Assembly: GCF_009914755.1 (NCBI RefSeq)
Contig: NC_060937.1
Reading direction: 5' to 3' (one strand)
Origin: the human T2T-CHM13v2.0 reference genome, Homo sapiens
Length of the DNA stretch: 64,000 nt
The notes beneath the pieces were generated by a model, which was given only the letters and a program-made list of their open reading frames with translations, ran no database searches and had not been told where the DNA came from. Shown here piece after piece: positions 58,440 through 64,000 of the stretch; positions within the stretch are counted from its first letter, which is position 1, and every line of letters starts with the position of its first letter. The position numbers and the translations under genes are program-made.

Positions 58440-58660
58440 CCTTTGCTAGAAAGAGTACTAGCTGTGAATTCAAGATAATGGAATCTGACCTGCTACCAAC
58501 TCATTAGTATCTGTACGATGTTTGTTGATCCTCTGGCTTCACCAAGAGTCAATTTCCTCATCTATAACATGGGGATAATAGCACCTGCCCCATCTATCTT
58601 AACATGTTATCATGAAGCTCAGATAAAACCACAAACAAGAAATTGCTTAGTGAACTCTAG
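58440..58660 (+). mobile_element. MIR
   Basis: caatttcctcatctataacatggggataatagcacc. Confidence 0.7.
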
Positions 58661-59086
58661 AGTTCTCTGAGAAGACAAGGGAGTAGTAATAGCAACAAGA
58701 GGGATCGACAGAACCTGAGTTTGTTAATCACAATCCTGACAAAATTATTCTTTAAGCCAGCTCTGAAAAGATATTTCTTGCTTGGACAATACATTGTTTT
58801 TTACTTTAGTAGATGTGAGCTTCTTGAATAGCCCTTTATACACATTGAGAAAAATTTCTTTGCTCGCAGCCAAAGGGTATCACCTCTAAAAAGATATGAA
58901 ACCAAAACTGCAAATCAAATAATAATTAAATATTAAACTGCTGTGTAGCATTCAAAAGTTACTAAGCACTTTCACTTATTTACCTCATTTAGTCTTATTT
59001 AATTCTGATCTTAATGTGTTTGGGTTGGCCATTGTGTTACTGTGCAGTGTCTTTGAAATGAATGTTTGACAATGCAAAAAACTTAC

Positions 59087-59500
59087 CCTATTACCTTCTG
59101 AAATTGTCTTGAAAGTAAAAACTCCAATGAGCTTTCAGGAATTTGCACATCCAGGACTGCCATTTGAAAAGCTGCCTGTCTGAGGCACTGTTCTTTCCTG
59201 GTGCGTTTCCCCAGAACACGCGATGCTTCCCTGGGGCTGTATATCATCGCTGATGAAGACGGAAGGGTCCTGCCTCTAATGTAAAAGGCATCAGCGTGCC
59301 TCAGGGCCTTCTGACAGGACACCAGGAGGCTCTCAGTCTCTTGATCCCCTGCCAGGTGATGAGGGCTGAGGTCTCGTCTATGGACACGTTAGTACAGGGA
59401 AATGGACCAGCAGAAGAGACTCTCACCATTATTTCTTCCAAGTGAAAGTGGGAGAAACTGACTATCAGGCTGTACAGTACTGACTCAATAAAGATGTTTA
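59087..59500 (-). other. Candidate spliced exon (414 nt, or about 75 nt using an internal donor near 59425)
   Basis: Acceptor tttgtttttttccacacttctttacag|TAAAC; donors AATAGG|gtaagt and ATG|gtgaga. Confidence 0.45.
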
Positions 59501-59686
59501 CTGTAAAGAAGTGTGGAAAAAAACAAACATAATTCTGTATTACACTCTTCTTAGATTTTGACTTTAAGATAATCCAAATGCATAATCATTTCTGCTCTGA
59601 TGTTTTATCTCTAGTTTATTTTGCGTCTATAAGATATCTTTTTAAACTATGCCTTAAAAATGTTTTTGGTGAAAACTGAAGATGTA

Positions 59687-59709
59687 TGTGTGTGTGTGTG
59701 TGTGTGTGT
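59687..59709. repeat. (TG)n microsatellite
   Basis: Direct. Confidence 0.9.
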
Positions 59710-60161
59710 ATTTCAAAATTGCTTTTATTCTATATTAAATCTATAATTTTTACTCAAAAGGCAATGTTTTATTATCCAAGTAACTGATAACTCTAAAATT
59801 TTGTCTTAATTTCTGCATGATAAACCAAGGCCCTTAAGGGTAGAAAGTGGTCCATAGCCAGCATTCAGTATGGTAGTTCCACATATTGAGATACTCAAAA
59901 ATTGCTTGTTGAACAGGATATCATATCGCAATAATGACTAAGTGCTTTCAAAAACAGTAGCTTAATTTCGGATTGCATTTATAAAAATCATTGATGAGGA
60001 AGATTACTTTGAGGAGTGGGAAACTTTTGAAACTGCTTTAGTAATATCTGAAAAACCTGGAGTTCTAAGGAGTAATGCTAGAATTTCGAATAAGTCTAAA
60101 TTAAGAATCCACTTGTTGGGTCTCAGGTTCATCTATCAAACAGAAAAAGGAGGACTCCAAG

Positions 60162-60238
60162 TCAGAGGTCGAGGTTGCAGGGAGCCAAGATGGTGCCACT
60201 GAACTCCAGCCTGGGCGATAGAGCAAGACTCTGTCTAA

Positions 60239-60298
<60 letters not shown>

Positions 60299-60316
60299 TA
60301 TATAAACTTTATATAA
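60162..60316 (+). mobile_element. Heavily 5'-truncated Alu with a (TA)n-converted tail
   Basis: Only the last ~75 nt of the right arm remain; flanked by actccaag at 60154-60161 and 60317-60324. Confidence 0.85.
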
Positions 60317-60789
60317 ACTCCAAGCTGATCAGAAACCAAGCATTCAACTGAGTACATTAGGTTGTCAGTGTAGAAAGGGACTCCCGCAAACCCAGCAGCT
60401 TTACCCTAGAGGAGAAACTCAAGGCTCAGCAAAGTTAGACAATCAAACAATTGCCCAAGATGACAGAACTACTTGGGAGGAAGTCGGGGGGGAAAAAGGG
60501 GTTAATCATTCATGTGTCCTGAGGGACCTTATCATAGGCTCCGGGACTGATCATTGCTGCATTGGAAATCTGAACAATTCAATGTCCTCCTAAGTATCCT
60601 TAGGTCATTAAGTTAATTTGAAGTTTGATAGTATTTTCATATTTTCCAATAATTGTTTCTTCATAGCAACAATTCTTCATTATGCAACATGTTGCCCACA
60701 TTCCGGCTATTGACCTTACCCACGTTACCTAAGCTCTCTTCTCTTTAGATACACCATGTGTGAAATGAACAAAACAATCCCTCCTTTGC

Positions 60790-61201
60790 TACAGCAGTCC
60801 CTTCGCTGCTCAGCAATATTCCACTTGTCCTATCTGGACACATGATAGGGTCGATTGAACTTCCCACTCCCCTGGAATTAGGCAGTGACTGTTTTACTAA
60901 TGCATGGCATCCAATGTGAGCACATTGATATGTTTCACTTCAAGGCAGCAACGACTAACAGTCTGCACAATTTGCTGATTCTCTTTCCACTGCCACAATG
61001 ATGGTCAACGTTCCAGGTGAAGGGGCCTCTGTCAGCCACATCCCTAGGAGGAAATGACATGGAGCAGAGCAGTGCTGAGTTGAATGGACATATAAAGTGA
61101 GCAAAAAAAAACAGAGAAAACAATCACTGCTGTTTTAAGTCACAAAGTACTGGAGGTTGGTTTATAATCACAGCATAACCTAGTCTGTCTGAAGTGATGC
61201 A
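60790..61201 (+). mobile_element. MLT1J-like LTR
   Basis: ctctttccactgccacaatg, ggagcagagc and a 3' end ttttaagtcac...cacagcataacctagtctgtctga. Confidence 0.7.
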
Positions 61202-61235
61202 CTTTTGGTATTCTGACATTTAAAATAACATGTGC

Positions 61236-61444
61236 CAAAGGAAGAAACAACAGATGCTGGGGCCTCCCTGAGGGTTGAGGGTGGGAGGAATGAGAGGAAC
61301 AGAAAATAATAACTATGGGCTATAGGCTTAGTACCTGGGTGATGAAATAATCTGTACAACACACCCCCATGACATGAGTTTACCTATGTAACAAACTGGC
61401 ACATATGCCGCTGTACCTAAAATAACCTTATTTTCTAAAAACTA
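61236..61444 (+). mobile_element. L1PA13-16-like 3' end
   Basis: ggcttagtacctgggtgatgaaataatctgtacaac; TSD aaaataacatgtgc/aaaataatgtgtgc. Confidence 0.85.
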
Positions 61445-63537
61445 AAAATAATGTGTGCAGTGTGGCCTAGCCACCGCTTTGGCTCCCATAGACCCTCAAC
61501 CCAATAGTATCAACTAGTTTGATGGCCAGTGAAAAAAACCTTTCATTTTTAAATAAGAAGTTATGAATTTTTTGAAACAAAGAGGATGTTTAAAATTTGA
61601 AAAATATGAAAACAAATGGAGACAACTCTCATAAGTAATAAGCCTGGCTAAGCAGAATCCTGTGTCTTACATTCAAATTGCTCCTAGAAGTGGCAAAACA
61701 AATTTTTTCACGTCTGAATTCCATCAGATGTGGTGGGTGAGTTAAGTAATCACACTAAATAGATCCTACAACAAGTAATAGCACTCATTGATCATAGCTG
61801 AATTGCACACAAGAAGGAAATGCAGTTTCTGTACCAATAACACATCCTCCCCACTACACATATGCACATCCTACATAAATACTAATAATTTATAAGTGTC
61901 TAGGTCTTTGTCCTGCCCAAGCATTTTAAAACCTGTTATTTCACTTGGTCAAAAATAATAGTGAAGTATCAAATACTATAGTAAAATGCTTTTAACCTAT
62001 TGTGGAGCAACTGCCCTGCCTAAGAAGCTCCTGAAAACTAGGGATCCCCTCTCCAAAATATCACTTAAAACCCCAAATATACATTGTGTACATAGACGCT
62101 GGAAACTTGCTGATTCACTGTAGCCCTTAATAGATCCTCGGTCAAGAATAGTGGCATTAACATTTTAGGATATTTTCACTTTTCCTAAGGATCTAGAGCA
62201 TAATGGGAGATTTCAGAGGTCACTGACCAATATTTATTAAACAAGTCATTGATCCAAAGCATGTGAATAGGCAAAGAAAATTTTCATGGAACTGTCAAAC
62301 ACATATTCCTTCTTATGTATTGTGTGTGGGAGAAGCTCTGAAAACCCTGCTCTTTTATCCATAGCTCCTGAAAGGAATGAGAAGTTCTTTCCATTCCCCA
62401 GTATCTGAAAATTCCATGCAAACAATAACTTTAGAATCGTCACAGGCAAAAGAATTGTAACGATTAAGGAAGGAGGCAGAGACAAAAAGTAGTGCGAAGT
62501 GGTGCTGAGGGGAGTGGAGACAGTGTCTGAAAATTGGAGTCTCCACAGAACTGCTGCATCATTCAGTGTCAGAAGATGCCTAGAATTGTTGTCATATTTT
62601 GAGATTTTTTTGTCTTTTCTCAGCCTAAAACTAAGTATTAACCGGCTTTGAACTGGCACTGCAAGGACCAGTGCTCCGGTGATTAAGGACCAGAATGAAT
62701 TACCCATCTTTAGTCTTTGATCTAAAACAACTGACCTGGCAAAGATACTGCCTAATTGTCTGGGACCGCCAATGGGGAGGGAAAGAGGAACTGCAAGTCC
62801 GTTCAGCAAATGAGATTGTCTTCATTGTCCATTTTGTAAGCCTGTAGACGTAGACTACAAGAATGAAGATATCTTCCTCATTATTGAATTTTATACCCTG
62901 GATTTCTCAGGAATCTATATTGACCTGAATTCACTCTCAAACCAGAAACAGATAGTAGAATTAACTCTAAGACAGAAGCTTAAATTTCCAGTAATACAGA
63001 TAAGAGACTAAACATTTTTGTAGAAAGTGCCCAAGTGTATCTCTGTATTATATCTCCATGTTGTAAATGAGCTGTGGCTCTGAGTCAGACCGGTTCTGCG
63101 TGCTATCAGCCTCTATGGTACACATACAACACACCATCAGAAGATAAAGGTTCATTGATCTTTTGCAGTACACTAGTTTGAAACCGCAAGTGTTTTGATG
63201 AAGATAGTAAAAATCCACATGGAGAAGACTTAGCCCAGCACTCACATGTTTGTGATACTTTCAGTAGAGAAGACATTGCTCTTTCTTCTATTTACCCATA
63301 TGACTTTGCTTACAGCCATTGCTTATCAGTGTGTGTGTGTTTACAGTATGTTACACCATTTTCACATTTACACACACATACGTACACGTACACAAATGAG
63401 GCATCAGGATCCAACTCTTGAGAAATAAAAAAATTCTGTATATATTGTAAATACATTATATACTGTATTTTCCTACTTTTAAAATTTATAGTGCATCTTG
63501 GAGAGCTTTCATAACATATAAACTACACTGTCTTTTT

Positions 63538-64000
63538 AGACAAAAGATAGCAAATACTGGTGAGAATGTGAAGGAAAAAGAACTCTCATACACTGTTGGT
63601 GGGAATGCAAACTAGTACAGCCGCAATGGACAACAGTATGGAGGCGCCTCAAAAAACTGTAAATAGCACCACGGTATGATCCACCCATACCGCTGCTGGG
63701 CAATTATCCAAAGGAAACGAAATCAGCATATCAAAGAGATCTCTGCACCCCCCATGTGTATTGCAGCACTATTCACAATAGCCAACATATGGAACCAACC
63801 TAGATGTCTAACAACAGAGGAATGGATAAAGAAATGTGGATGTGTACACAATGGAATGCTATTCACTCATAAAAAAGAATGAAATCTTGTCATTTGCAAC
63901 AACATGGATGGAACTGGAGGACACTAAGTTCAATAGGTCAGAAAGTTAAACACGGCATGTTCTCATTTGTAAGAGGAACCAAAGAAAGTTGATCTCATAG
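63538..64000 (+). mobile_element. L1MA/MB 3' region, running off the window end
   Basis: ORF2 C-terminal relic (CIAALFTIANIWNQPRC) and aaagaatgaaatcttgtcatttgcaacaacatggatggaactggagg. Confidence 0.85.

Noticed and set aside
62246-62809. 187-aa minus-strand ORF in unique sequence
   Set aside because: It has a non-ATG start, no recognisable domain and no convincing flanking splice signals; a chance ORF is the simplest explanation.

Overview
This is a repeat-rich stretch of primate (human or great-ape) nuclear DNA, either intronic or intergenic. I recognise no cellular protein-coding exon, rRNA, tRNA or CRISPR array. The dominant feature is a full-length L1PA2-type LINE-1 at 33907-39920 (+ strand, 12-bp TSD). 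Its ORF1 and ORF2 are disabled, but its antisense ORF0 region is nearly intact and carries a splice donor changed to perfect consensus. Other repeats: a near-full-length L1MA4/5 with a nested L1PA7-like fragment at a ~1.25-kb deletion, L1PB and L1ME pieces, about 9 Alu-family elements, MaLR/ERVL LTRs (MLT1, THE1, MST, MER21, LTR16/33-like), L2/MIR relics and microsatellites. Several unique, CpG-retaining segments between 47 and 59.5 kb have strong minus-strand splice signals. They look like non-coding (5'UTR or lncRNA) exons of a host transcript I cannot name. All repeat subfamily calls are from memory of consensus sequences, not from a search. I see no convincing evidence of a wholly new biological system. 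The best lead is a possible L1 antisense-promoter/ORF0 chimeric transcript running in the same direction as the putative host exons.
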